Positions 10,232 to 19,699 of a stretch of DNA of 64,000 bases are shown here, piece after piece. The translations under genes were made by a program, and so were the position numbers. The DNA comes from an uncultured Candidatus Rokubacteria bacterium (GTDB taxonomy: Bacteria > Methylomirabilota > Methylomirabilia > Rokubacteriales > CSP1-6), in the NCBI GenBank assembly GCA_963747235.1, contig CAVVEU010000002.1:32001-96000 (forward strand), read 5' to 3'. The notes below the pieces were generated by a model, which worked only from the letters and a program-made list of their open reading frames with translations, ran no database searches and was not told the origin of the DNA. Numbering within the stretch: position 1 is the stretch's first letter; each line of letters opens with the position of its first letter.

Positions 10232-11254
10232 TTACTCGTCGGAGGTGCGATAGAAACGGTAGCGGTCCATCGGGCGGACCGTGATGGCCTCCGTCGCGCC
10301 GGCCCGGCGCACGGTCACCCGCACGTCCTGATCCATCGGCGCCTGCCAGAGCTCGCGGTAGAACTCCTCGCGGCTCACCACCTGCCGCCCGTTGAGCTGG
10401 ACGATCACGTCGCCCGCCCGCAGGCCGGCCGCGCGCGCGGGGCTGAGCGGCGACATGCCGGCCACCACGACGCCGCCGTCCACCGACTCCGTGTAGAGCC
10501 CGAGCCAGGGTCGCGGCGCGCGGCTGGTGACGCGGCCCTGCGCCAGCAGCTCGTCCTTGCCGGCCAGGAACTTGTCAATCGGGATGGCCAGGTTGACGTG
10601 GGGCGCCTCTCCCAGGCGCAGCGAGGTCACGCCGATCACGCGGCCCGCCGCGTTGACGAGCGCGGCGCCGCCGAAGGCGGCATTGTACGGGGTCACGATG
10701 AAGGCGCGATCCAGCATGTACTCCCAGGCGGCCGCGAAGGGCCGCACCGCCTGGACCCGGCTCGGCGTCGCCACCAGGTCGCCGTCGTCCGACACGCCCA
10801 CCGTCCCGGTGGTGTCCCCGGCCGCCACCATCGTCGAATCGCCCAGCTCCGCGGCCGGCCACGGGCCGCGCCCCTCGAGCCGGGCCACGCCGACCCCGAC
10901 CTCGAGATCGAGCCCGACGAGCCGCGCGGGCACCTTGCGGCCGTCGCGCAGCGAGACCTCGATGCGCGAGGCGTCGAGCAGGACATAGCTCACGGTCAGC
11001 AGGTAGCCCTGGTCGGCGTCGAAGATGACGCCGCTGCCCCAGCGCTCGACGCCGAGCGTGGCCGCCGACGGCCGGTCGCGCGGCACTTCCACGCGGATCC
11101 CCACCACCGCCGGCTCGACGCGGCGGATCTGGGAGGCCAGCGGGGAGATCTGGCGGGGATCGAGGCGGCGCTCGGCGTCGCGGGGCGCGGCCGCCGCGGG
11201 GACGGCCAGGGCGAGCAGGGCGACGGCGGCCCAGCGGATCGACGCGCGCGACAT
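10232..11254 (-). CDS. Exported trypsin-like (S1C) plus PDZ protein with degenerate catalytic motifs
   Basis: Signal peptide, GSGVIF, C-terminal PDZ (WLGL...SPARAAGLRAGDVIV); His and Ser motifs replaced. Confidence 0.85.
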   Translation of the reverse strand: MSRASIRWAAVALLALAVPAAAAPRDAERRLDPRQISPLASQIRRVEPAVVGIRVEVPRDRPSAATLGVERWGSGVIFDADQGYLLTVSYVLLDASRIEVSLRDGRKVPARLVGLDLEVGVGVARLEGRGPWPAAELGDSTMVAAGDTTGTVGVSDDGDLVATPSRVQAVRPFAAAWEYMLDRAFIVTPYNAAFGGAALVNAAGRVIGVTSLRLGEAPHVNLAIPIDKFLAGKDELLAQGRVTSRAPRPWLGLYTESVDGGVVVAGMSPLSPARAAGLRAGDVIVQLNGRQVVSREEFYRELWQAPMDQDVRVTVRRAGATEAITVRPMDRYRFYRTSDE

Positions 11255-11259
11255 GGCGG

Positions 11260-12259
11260 TTACCTCGCGGTGTACTGCGTCTGGTAGTACTGCCGGAACG
11301 CGCCCGACTTGATGGGCTTCCACCACGCGTCGTGCGTGCGATACCACTCCACCGTCGCGGCCAGCGCGTCCTCGAAGCTCGCGGCGGGCGCCCAGCCGAG
11401 CGCGTGGACCTTGCTCGAGTCGAGCGCGTAGCGGCGATCGTGCCCGGGCCGGTCCGCCACCGGCGTGATCAGGCTCTCCGGCTTGCCGAGCAGGCTCAGG
11501 ATCCGGCGCGTGAGCGTCACGTTCTGCACTTCCGCGGCGCCGCCGATGTTGTAGATCTCGCCGTCCACGCCCTTGCGGAGGACGAGGTCGATCGCCGCGC
11601 AGTTGTCCAGCACGTAGAGCCAGTCGCGCACGTTGCGGCCGTCGCCGTAGAGCGGCAGCGGCCGGTCCTCGATCGCGTTGGTGACGAAGAGCGGGATGAC
11701 CTTCTCCGGGTACTGGTAGGGCCCGAAGTTGTTGCTGCTCCGGGTGACGAGCGCGGGCAGCCGGTGGGTGGTCCAGTAGGCGCGGACCAGCAGATCGGCG
11801 GCCGCCTTCGAGGCCGAGTAGGGATTCGACGGGTTCAGCACGTCGCCCTCGCGGGCCGCGCCCTCCGCGATGCTCCCGTAGACCTCGTCCGTGCTCACCG
11901 CGAGGAAGCGGCCGATCGTGAGCTCACGCGCGGCCTCCAGCAGCGTGAAGGTGCCGTTCACGTTGGTGCGGAGGAAGTCGTCGGCGCCCAGGTTCGAGCG
12001 GTCCACGTGGGTCTCGGCCGCGAAGTGCACGACCGCGTCCATCCCGGCCATCGCCTCGCGGACCACCGCCCCGTCGCAGATGTCGCCCTTCACGAAGCGG
12101 TAGCGGGGATTCGCTTCGACGTCGCGGAGGTTCTCGAGGTTGCCCGCGTAGGTGAGCTTGTCGAGATTGACGACCGAGTCGGCGGGATGGCTCGCGAGGA
12201 CGTGGCGGACGAAGTTGGAGCCGATGAAGCCGGCGCCCGCCGGTGACGAGGATCTTCAT
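11260..12259 (-). CDS. rfbB: dTDP-glucose 4,6-dehydratase (extra G near 12237)
   Basis: ILVTGG(A)GFIGSNF, HFAAETHVDRS, STDEVYG, PYSASKA. Confidence 0.95.
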
Positions 12260-12276
12260 CTTATCTCTCGCGGGGG

Positions 12277-12831
12277 TCAGCCGCGGGTGACGTCCCAGAT
12301 GTCGGCCCCGGCGAAGTCCCAGGGCAGCCGCCCCTCCTCGGTCTGATCGGGATCCGTGGAGAACTGGACGTCTACCAGATAGATGATGCGGCCGCGTGAG
12401 GCCGCGAGGTTCTTCACCCCGTGCGCGACCCCGGGCGGGATGCGCAGCAGCCGCGTCTGGCCGTCACCCAGCACGATCCGCCGCTGCGCCCCGTGGCTCT
12501 TCGAGTGGGCCCGCACGTCGAGCAGGACCACCAGCATCTTGTCGCCGGGGGGCACGAACCACACGTCGGTCTGGCGGCGATGCAGGTGGAACGCCTTGAT
12601 CACGCCCGGGTCCATCTCGCTGTAGTTCACCTGGCGGCACTCGAAGCCGGGCAGCGCCGCCGGGACGCCCTGCTGCAGCCGCGCCAGCTCCATGAAGGAG
12701 CCGCCGTCGTCGGTGAACCGCTTGAGGTCCACCACCTGCACGCCGTCGATCTCGGGCGCGGGCCCGTAGTGCTGCAGCGCGAAGGCGCGCTTGGCCGCGT
12801 CGCTCAGCTCGATCGGGTCGCGGGAGGCCAT
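12277..12831 (-). CDS. rfbC: dTDP-4-dehydrorhamnose 3,5-epimerase family (cupin)
   Basis: DDGGSFMEL, GVIKAFHLH, LRIPPGVAHG; lies between rfbA and rfbB. Confidence 0.85.
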   Translation of the reverse strand: MASRDPIELSDAAKRAFALQHYGPAPEIDGVQVVDLKRFTDDGGSFMELARLQQGVPAALPGFECRQVNYSEMDPGVIKAFHLHRRQTDVWFVPPGDKMLVVLLDVRAHSKSHGAQRRIVLGDGQTRLLRIPPGVAHGVKNLAASRGRIIYLVDVQFSTDPDQTEEGRLPWDFAGADIWDVTRG

Positions 12832-13892
12832 CAGATCAGGCCGACCTCGCTGCGATCGCCCAGCATGAAGTTGAAGGAGCGCGGCTTGGACGCGGTCCGG
12901 TAGATGGACACGTTGCGCCCGATGAGGCTCGACTCGATGCGGCCCCCCACGTCGGTCACGCTCGCGCCTTCCAGCAGGATCGAGTGCTCGACCTCGCTGG
13001 CCCGCAGCACCACGCGATCGCCGATCGACGTGAACGGCCCCACGTAGGCGCTCTCGATGACCGCGTCGCGGCCGATGATCGCCGGGCCCCGGACGGTGCT
13101 CTTGATGACGCGCGCGCCCGCCTCGATCACCACGCGGCCGACGATCTCGCTGTCCACCACGGTGCCGTCGGTGCGCGGCAGCAGGGTGTCGAGGATGATC
13201 CGGTTGGCCTCGAGCATGTCCTCGAGCTTGCCGGTGTCCTTCCACCAGCCCTCGATGACGTGCGGCCGCACCACGTAGCCCTGGTCGATCAGCCACTGGA
13301 TCGCGTCGGTGATCTCGAGCTCGCCGCGCGCCGAGGGCTTGATGGCCTTGACCGCCTTGAAGACCGTCGCGTCGAACATGTAGACGCCGACGAGCCCCAG
13401 GTTGGACGGCGGCTCCTTCGGCTTCTCCACCAGGCGCACCACCTGCCCGTCCTTGAGCACCGCGACGCCGAACTGGGTCGGGTCGGGCACGGCGGCGAGC
13501 AGGATCTGGCAATTCGGCTTCTCGTCGCGGAAGCGCGTCACCAGGGGCTCGAGCCGCTCGCGGATCAGGTTGTCGCCCAGGTACATGCAGAACGGCTCGG
13601 TGCCGAGGAACGGCTCCGAGACGAGCACGGCGTGGGCGAGACCGAGCGGCGCCTCTTGCTCGATATAGGTGACGGACACGCCGAACCGGCTGCCGTCGCC
13701 GACCGCGTCGCGGATCTCCTGCTTGGTGTCGCCGACCACGATGCCGATCTCGCTGATCCCCGACGCGGCCAGCGCCTCGATCCCGTAGAAGAGGATGGGC
13801 TTGTTGGCCACGGGGACGAGCTGCTTCGCCGAGGTGAAGGTGATCGGACGGAGCCGCGTGCCGCGGCCGCCGGAGAGGATTAAGCCTTTCAT
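12831..13892 (-). CDS. rfbA: Glucose-1-phosphate thymidylyltransferase, long form
   Basis: GLILSGGRGTRLRP, KQLVPVANKP, SARGELEITD, WWKDTG. Confidence 0.95.
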   Translation of the reverse strand: MKGLILSGGRGTRLRPITFTSAKQLVPVANKPILFYGIEALAASGISEIGIVVGDTKQEIRDAVGDGSRFGVSVTYIEQEAPLGLAHAVLVSEPFLGTEPFCMYLGDNLIRERLEPLVTRFRDEKPNCQILLAAVPDPTQFGVAVLKDGQVVRLVEKPKEPPSNLGLVGVYMFDATVFKAVKAIKPSARGELEITDAIQWLIDQGYVVRPHVIEGWWKDTGKLEDMLEANRIILDTLLPRTDGTVVDSEIVGRVVIEAGARVIKSTVRGPAIIGRDAVIESAYVGPFTSIGDRVVLRASEVEHSILLEGASVTDVGGRIESSLIGRNVSIYRTASKPRSFNFMLGDRSEVGLI

Positions 13893-14021
13893 TTAGCGGC
13901 CAATTATAGCAGTCTTAGCCTGCCTCAAACAGCGAACCCTCCCGGGCTTGCCAGATCCGACCGGATTGGGTGGTATTATGAACCCACTGAAATTGCAGCA
14001 ACTTTCTTCCAGGAGCGGGCG

Positions 14022-15257
14022 ATGAAGACGTTGAAGGAGATGCTGGCGGACGCCCGGCAGGTGGTGCCCGAACAGGGGCCGGCCGAGGTGAAGAAGCGGA
14101 TCGACGCGGGAGAGCCGCTCGTCCTGATCGACGTGCGCGATCCCGACGAGTACCGCGACGGCTTCATCGAGCCCGCGACCAATATCAGCCGCGGCTTCCT
14201 CGAGTTCCGCATCGGCGGCGCGGCGGCGGATCCGACGACGCCCATCGTGCTGTACTGCCAGAGCGGCCTCCGCTCCATGCTCGCCGCCAAGGCCCTCCGG
14301 GATCTCGGCTACGAGAACGTGACCAACCTGCAGGGCGGCTTCCAGAAGTGGGCGCAGTCCGGCCTGCCGGTGGTCAAGGACCGCCCGATGAACGCCGACC
14401 AGATCCAGCGCTACAGCCGGCACTTCCTGCTGCCCCAGGTGGGCGAGAAGGGCCAGCGCAAGCTGCTGCGCTCGAAGGTGCTGCTGATCGGCGCGGGCGG
14501 GCTCGGCTCGCCGACCGCGCTGTACCTGGCCGCGGCGGGCGTCGGCACGATGGGCCTGATGGACGGCGACGTGGTGGACGTGTCGAACCTGCAGCGGCAG
14601 ATCCTCCACACCACCGCGAACGTGGGGCGGCCCAAGGTCGAGTCGGGCACCGAGATGATCCGGGCGCTGAACCCGGACGTCAACGTCATCCCGCTGCCGA
14701 CGCGCATCACCGTCGACAACGTGATGGACATCATCAAGGACTACGACCTGGTCATCGACGGGTCGGACAATTTTGATACGCGCTACTTGATGAACGACGC
14801 GTGCTATCTCGCGGGCAAGACCAACGTGCACGGCTCGATCTTCCAGTTCGAGGGCATGGCCACCGTGCTCGCCCCGAACCAGGGCCCGTGCTACCGCTGC
14901 CTCTACCCGACGCCGCCGCCCCCGGGGCTCGTCCCCAGCTGAAGCGAGGCCGGCGTCCTGGGCGTGCTCCCAGGAATCATCGGAGTGATCCAGGCCACCG
15001 AGGCCATCAAGGTGCTGCTCGGCATCGGCGAGCCCCTGATCGGCCGGCTCCTCACCTACGACGCGCTCGGCATGCGCTTCCGCGAGGTCAAGCTCCGCCG
15101 CGACCCCAAGTGCCCCCTCTGCGGCGAGCACCCGACCATCACGGACCTGTCGATCCACCGCAGCGGCGACGCGGCGGCCTGCGAGGTGAGCGACAACGGC
15201 CACGCGGCGCCGGCTTCCGCGCCTGCGGGCACGCCGGGCGCGAAGGCGGGCGGCTAG
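14022..15257 (+). CDS. moeB: Rhodanese-MoeB/ThiF adenylyltransferase fusion, predicted selenoprotein (UGA at codon 307)
   Basis: Rhodanese YCQSGLRS, RYSRH, GAGGLGS, SNLQRQ, CYRC; TGA at 14940-14942 in VPS*SEAGVLG; same frame continues to CPLCG and TAG at 15257. Confidence 0.85.
14956..14975 (+). promoter_or_regulatory. Putative bacterial SECIS hairpin
   Basis: TCCTGGG-CGTGCT-CCCAGGA, perfect 7-bp stem; 20 nt between the UGA and the loop; G at second loop position. Confidence 0.7.
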
Positions 15258-15327
15258 CTCGCTCGCGTCGCGGAACTCGCGCCGGTTGCTAGTCGCCGGC
15301 GCGGCGATGTCGGGTGGTGAAATGAGT

Positions 15328-15404
15328 TGGCGCGCCTGGAGGGATTCGAACCCCCGACCCTCGGCTTAGAAGGCCGATGCTCTATCCAACTGAGCTACAG
15401 GCGC
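15328..15404 (-). tRNA. tRNA-Arg(TCT)
   Basis: Full cloverleaf, anticodon loop CTTCTAA, GGTTCGAATC, CCA end. Confidence 0.97.
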
Positions 15405-15414
15405 ACGCCGGTAG

Positions 15415-15543
15415 CTACGATACACCAGCTCGCTCCGCCCGGACGCTACGACGGCGAGCCGCGCGATGCGGGTGATCGAAGCGATCGTGACCAATGCGCC
15501 CCGCCGCGATGGAGATCAAGCACAACGCTATGCCTTCGATCAT
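15415..15543 (-). CDS. Small hypothetical peptide with hydrophobic N-terminus (42 aa)
   Basis: AAGGAGG 6 nt before ATG; MIEGIALCLISIAAG. Confidence 0.4.
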   Translation of the reverse strand: MIEGIALCLISIAAGRIGHDRFDHPHRAARRRSVRAERAGVS

Positions 15544-15728
15544 GGCCGCCCTCCTTGCGGGCGTGATTCGCACGGGGCATGCCGGGCCCGAACCGCTGAT
15601 AAACATTGCCCAGTGCTCTCCAGTGAGGACTCGGGGTGCCGGGCAAGCCCTGCCGACACGGACTATTGCTCCCTCGGTAACCCGCGGGGGCATAGGTGCC
15701 AAACGCCCGTAGGAAGACTGCCCCTGAG

Positions 15729-15813
15729 CGGCACGGCGTGAGGTGGATTGACACCGCGGAGTAGGCGAAGGTCGCCTTCGAAAGCCGATGCTCTATCCAG
15801 GAGCTACAGGCGT
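15729..15813 (-). pseudogene. Decayed tRNA-Arg-like sequence, anticodon TCG
   Basis: 15772-15813 closely matches the 5' half of the tRNA-Arg at 15361-15404; 3' half only weakly tRNA-like. Confidence 0.65.
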
Positions 15814-15897
15814 GGCAGGGACTTGTGCTGCACGGGCTCAATTGAGCGGCGCATATGCCATGCAAGTCCTGCGAGGATCGGCGCCCGGCCAAGCGTC

Positions 15898-15912
15898 TGG
15901 CATCCGGCTTGC
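15898..15912 (+). promoter_or_regulatory. Putative sigma54 (-24/-12) promoter
   Basis: TGGCAT-CCGGC-TTGC; GG-N10-GC spacing. Confidence 0.55.
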
Positions 15913-15918
15913 CGTCAC

Positions 15919-16236
15919 ATGGACTCCATGTCGGTTCAGGTCGGCCGGTGGGGAGTGGGCATCGCGGCCGCGATCGGCGGCGGCGCGGCGTGGCTTCTCG
16001 AGTGGCCGCCCGCGGCGAGCGCGGCCTTCGGCGCGCTGCTGGTGCCACTTGTGGCCGTGGTCGCGGGCGCCATATTCTCGCAGCGCCAAGCGTCTCCCGT
16101 CGTGCAAGCGCCGCCGCGCGGTCTCTGCGAATGCGGCCATGTCATGAGCATGCACTGCGCGAGTGACGGCTCCGGCCCCTGCGCGGCCGCGGATTGCCAC
16201 TGCGCCGGACGTGACCGCGTCGCCTCCACGCAGTAA
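15919..16236 (+). CDS. Hypothetical 2-TM protein with Cys/His-rich C-terminus (alternative start 15928)
   Basis: Two hydrophobic segments, then CECGHVMSMHC...C...CHC. Confidence 0.6.
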   Translation: MDSMSVQVGRWGVGIAAAIGGGAAWLLEWPPAASAAFGALLVPLVAVVAGAIFSQRQASPVVQAPPRGLCECGHVMSMHCASDGSGPCAAADCHCAGRDRVASTQ

Positions 16237-16250
16237 GCACAAGATGTGGG

Positions 16251-16279
16251 TTGACACGCGGGTGCACCCACGATAGGCT
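16251..16279 (+). promoter_or_regulatory. Putative sigma70 promoter
   Basis: TTGACA-N17-TAGGCT. Confidence 0.6.
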
Positions 16280-16372
16280 GCGGTCATCATTCACACCGGC
16301 TCGGACACAACTACGGCATCAAGCAGTGGTATCACGCACGATCGTATCCTGTCCGCTCCCGCGCCTTCCGCG

Positions 16373-16582
16373 ATGGGCATCACGGCGGAGGCTTTGCTCC
16401 TCGAGCTGCGGAGCTCCCGCACCGATCTCGCGCGTCTGGTCGAGGCGGTTTCGCGGGATCAGTTCACGAAGCTCGTGGTGCCGCAGCAGAGCGTGGACGC
16501 CTGGGAGCGGCGGGAGCCCGAGACCTGGCGGAAGGTCAGCGCCTGGCTGGCCGAGCGGGGAGTCCCGATCCACCGGGTCTAA
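16373..16582 (+). CDS. Small hypothetical protein (69 aa)
   Basis: Host-like G/C-ending codons, globular-looking sequence, upstream sigma70 motif. Confidence 0.7.
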   Translation: MGITAEALLLELRSSRTDLARLVEAVSRDQFTKLVVPQQSVDAWERREPETWRKVSAWLAERGVPIHRV

Positions 16583-16645
16583 CGGGGCGACGCCCTGCGA
16601 CCGGATCCGCACGCGCGTGGTCCGAGGGCCAGACGGTCGACTGAA

Positions 16646-16722
16646 TGGTCGGGGTGAGAGGATTTGAACCTCCGACTCCCTGCTCCCAAAGCAGGTGCGC
16701 TACCGGGCTGCGCCACACCCCG
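16646..16722 (-). tRNA. tRNA-Pro(TGG)
   Basis: CGGGGTG acceptor stem, loop TTTGGGA, CCA end. Confidence 0.97.
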
Positions 16723-16745
16723 ATTCCGACCGCGTGAGCAGTATA

Positions 16746-17367
16746 TCAACCCGCCCAGCGCTGCAGTAGCTCGCGCGCCAGGCGCATCGCGCGGCCGCGA
16801 TGGCTGACCGCGTGCTTGGCCGCCGCCGAGATCTCCGCGAAGGTGGCGTCGAGCGGCGGGTAGTAGAAGAGCGGGTCGTAGCCGAAGCCGCCGGCGCCCC
16901 GCGGCGCTTCCAGCAACACCCCCTCGACCGTCCCCTCCATGGTGACCTCGCGGCCATCGGGCGCGGTCACCGCGATCACCGCGCGGTAGCGGGCGGTGCG
17001 CCGGGCGGCGGGAACGCCCTCGAGCTCCCGCAGCATGAGGGCGTTGCGCTCGGGATCGGTCAGCCCCTCGCCACCGTAGCGGGCGGAGAGCACGCCCGGG
17101 CCGCCCGTCGAAGGCGTCCACCTCGATGCCCGAGTCGTCGGCCAGCGCCAGCAGCCCCGTGGCGGCGGTGACGGCGCGCGCCTTGCCCAGCGCGTTCTCG
17201 GCATAGGAGGTCTCGCCCTCGGGCGGCAGGACGACGCCGGGGAACTCGGCGAGGTCCTGGATGCGATAGGGCAGGTCGGCCAGGAGGGCGGCCATCTCCC
17301 GGCCCTTGGCCCGGTTGGCCGTGGCCAGGACCAGCCGCCGGTCAGAGGGTGAAGGTCTTGTCGTCAC
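16746..17367 (-). CDS. rdgB: Non-canonical purine NTP pyrophosphatase (indel near 17100; start uncertain)
   Basis: [42 protein letters not shown]. Confidence 0.93.
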
Positions 17368-18088
17368 GCGCCGCGAGGGCGCGGCGCTGCAGGCCGACCA
17401 GCCGGGCGATGCCGTCGCCGGCCAGGACCAGCAGCTCGTCGAGGCGCGCCTTCGAGAACGGCGTCTGCTCGGCCGTGCCCTGCACCTCCACGAAGGCCCC
17501 CGCGCCGGTCATCACCACGTTCATGTCCACCTCGGCGGTGGAATCCTCGACGTAGTTGAGATCGAGCACGGGCCGGTTGCCCACCATGCCCACGCTGATC
17601 GCGGCCACGCAGTCCCGGATCGGCGAGCCCGCCAGCGTCCCCGCCTTCACGAGGCTGCCGATGGCATCGCCCAGGGCCACGAAGGCGCCGGTGATCGCGG
17701 CGGTGCGGGTGCCGCCGTCGGCCTGGATGACGTCGCAGTCGAGCCACACCGTGCGCTCGCCGAGCTTGGCCATCTCGACGACCGAGCGCAGCGAGCGGCC
17801 GACCAGCCGCTGGATCTCCTGGGAGCGCCCGCTCGGGCCGCTCCGCTCGCGCGACATGCGCGTGTTGGTCGAGCGCGGCAGCATGCCGTACTCCGCGGTG
17901 ACCCAGCCCTTCCCCTGCCCCTTGAGGAAGGCCGGCACCTTCTCCTCCAGCGAGGCGGTGCAGAGCACCTTGGTGTCGCCGAACTCGACGAGGACCGAGC
18001 CCTCGGGGTGGCGCAGGTAGTCCCGCGTGATCGTGACCGGCCGGAGCTGATCCGGTCGCCGGCCGTCGTGGCGCAGATGGGTGGTCAT
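17342..18088 (-). CDS. rph: Ribonuclease PH
   Basis: [35 protein letters not shown]. Confidence 0.98.
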   Translation of the reverse strand: MTTHLRHDGRRPDQLRPVTITRDYLRHPEGSVLVEFGDTKVLCTASLEEKVPAFLKGQGKGWVTAEYGMLPRSTNTRMSRERSGPSGRSQEIQRLVGRSLRSVVEMAKLGERTVWLDCDVIQADGGTRTAAITGAFVALGDAIGSLVKAGTLAGSPIRDCVAAISVGMVGNRPVLDLNYVEDSTAEVDMNVVMTGAGAFVEVQGTAEQTPFSKARLDELLVLAGDGIARLVGLQRRALAARDDKTFTL

Positions 18089-19614
18089 CGGGTCGGCCCG
18101 CCCTTGGCCGGCTGGCTCTGCGCGGTGCGCAGGCGCTGATCGTAACGGCGCTTGTACTCGGCGAGCCCGGAGTAGATCGCGCGCGCGATCGCCTCCCGGT
18201 GCTCCGGCGTGGCCAGCTTCCGCTCCTCTTTGCGATTCGTGAGAAAGCCGATCTCGATGAGGATGGCCGGCATGGCCGCGCCGCCCAGCACGTAGAACCC
18301 GGCCTGCTTGACGCCGCGATTGACCAGGTTCAGCGACTTGCTCATCGAGTCCAGCACCGTCTCGGCCATGTAGCTCGATTCCTCCTGGAACTCGGACTGG
18401 GCCAGGTCCCAGAGGATGCTCTTGAGCACGTCGCCCCGCTGGCGCGAGCCCGGGCTCTCGAGCTGGACCACGCCGTTCTCGATGGCCGCCACCTGCCGCG
18501 CGCCGCTGTCGGACGCCTCGGAGGAGAGAAAGTAGGTCTCGACGCCCTCCGACACCGACTGCGGATGGGCATTGGCGTGGATGGACACGAAGAGGTCGGC
18601 GCGCTGCTTGTTGGCGAAGTTGGTGCGATCGCGCAGCGGGACGAACACGTCGCTGTCGCGGCTCAGCACGACCTTCACCCCGAGGCCGGCCTCGACCTTC
18701 TTGGCCACCCGGCGCGTCACGTCCAGCACCACTTCCTTCTCCTGGACTCCGGTCGGGCCGACCGCGCCCGAGTCGTGGCCGCCGTGGCCGGCGTCCATCA
18801 CGATCAGCCGGAGCGGCTGCATCGTGCCGCGCCCCGGCTCGCCCGCGCCGCCGCTCTCCTTCGGCCGGTGGATGTCGAGCACGAGGCGGTACGGATCCTG
18901 GAGCACGGTGTGCTTCACCTCGCCCGCGGTGCCCTGGAGCACCACGCGCAGCACCGCGGTGTCGCCCACCGGCTCGAGGCGGACCTCCTGCACGAGGCCG
19001 TCGTTGATCTCCTCGACGCGGGCGCGGGCGAGCGCCAGGCCGGGCAGCCGCACCCGCACCTCCTCGTCGCCGGTGACCACCGCGTAGGCCAGCCGCGCGC
19101 CGGTCTCGATGACGATGCGCGTGAACGAGGGATAGGAGCGGTAGCGCAGCTCCTCGAGCGGCACCGCGGCCTGCACCGTCCTGGCCGCGGGCTTCCGCGC
19201 CTCGGTCGGCAAGGCGAGCGAGACGCCCGGCGCCAGCCGTGGCAGGCCCTTGCCCAGGAAATCACGCGACACGAGCCACTCCCGCCCGCTCACCCGCGGG
19301 GGCAGGTCGAGCGCGACGGCCTGGCCGTGCACGGTGGCGCGCGTCTGGCCGCGCGTGAACTCGGCCACGCGGGTGCCGACGGTCAGGGTGCCGCGGTCTC
19401 CCTTCACCGCCCAGGCGCCCTTGAGGAGCGCGGCCAGGTGGTCGGGGGCGATGTAGGCGCTGCCGTCGTCCATGACCGTGATGGTCAGGAGCCCACGGCT
19501 GGCGCCCCGGTCGCGTACCTCCAGAGACTCCGGGCGCGCGGCCTGGGCCGAGCCGACGAGGCAGCCCATCAGCGCCAGGACCAGCCAGACGGGCATCGAG
19601 AGTCGTCGCATCAT
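18085..19614 (-). CDS. N-acetylmuramoyl-L-alanine amidase (AmiC-like, AMIN + Amidase_3)
   Basis: Signal peptide, [34 protein letters not shown]. Confidence 0.93.
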   Translation of the reverse strand: MMRRLSMPVWLVLALMGCLVGSAQAARPESLEVRDRGASRGLLTITVMDDGSAYIAPDHLAALLKGAWAVKGDRGTLTVGTRVAEFTRGQTRATVHGQAVALDLPPRVSGREWLVSRDFLGKGLPRLAPGVSLALPTEARKPAARTVQAAVPLEELRYRSYPSFTRIVIETGARLAYAVVTGDEEVRVRLPGLALARARVEEINDGLVQEVRLEPVGDTAVLRVVLQGTAGEVKHTVLQDPYRLVLDIHRPKESGGAGEPGRGTMQPLRLIVMDAGHGGHDSGAVGPTGVQEKEVVLDVTRRVAKKVEAGLGVKVVLSRDSDVFVPLRDRTNFANKQRADLFVSIHANAHPQSVSEGVETYFLSSEASDSGARQVAAIENGVVQLESPGSRQRGDVLKSILWDLAQSEFQEESSYMAETVLDSMSKSLNLVNRGVKQAGFYVLGGAAMPAILIEIGFLTNRKEERKLATPEHREAIARAIYSGLAEYKRRYDQRLRTAQSQPAKGGPTR

Positions 19615-19699
19615 GATCGAAGGGGGCGCAGCGAAGCCATTCTAGCAACGGAGCGAGGGGGCGGCGAAGGATCAATTTGTGGTAGGCTTCGCCTCCGAC

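Noticed and set aside
11260-13892. Novel sugar pathway implied by missing rfbD
   Set aside because: The reductase is often encoded elsewhere; cannot be judged from this window
14022-15257. moeB as a nonsense pseudogene or two separate genes
   Set aside because: The stop falls exactly on the conserved Cys, the downstream frame is intact and a SECIS-like hairpin follows
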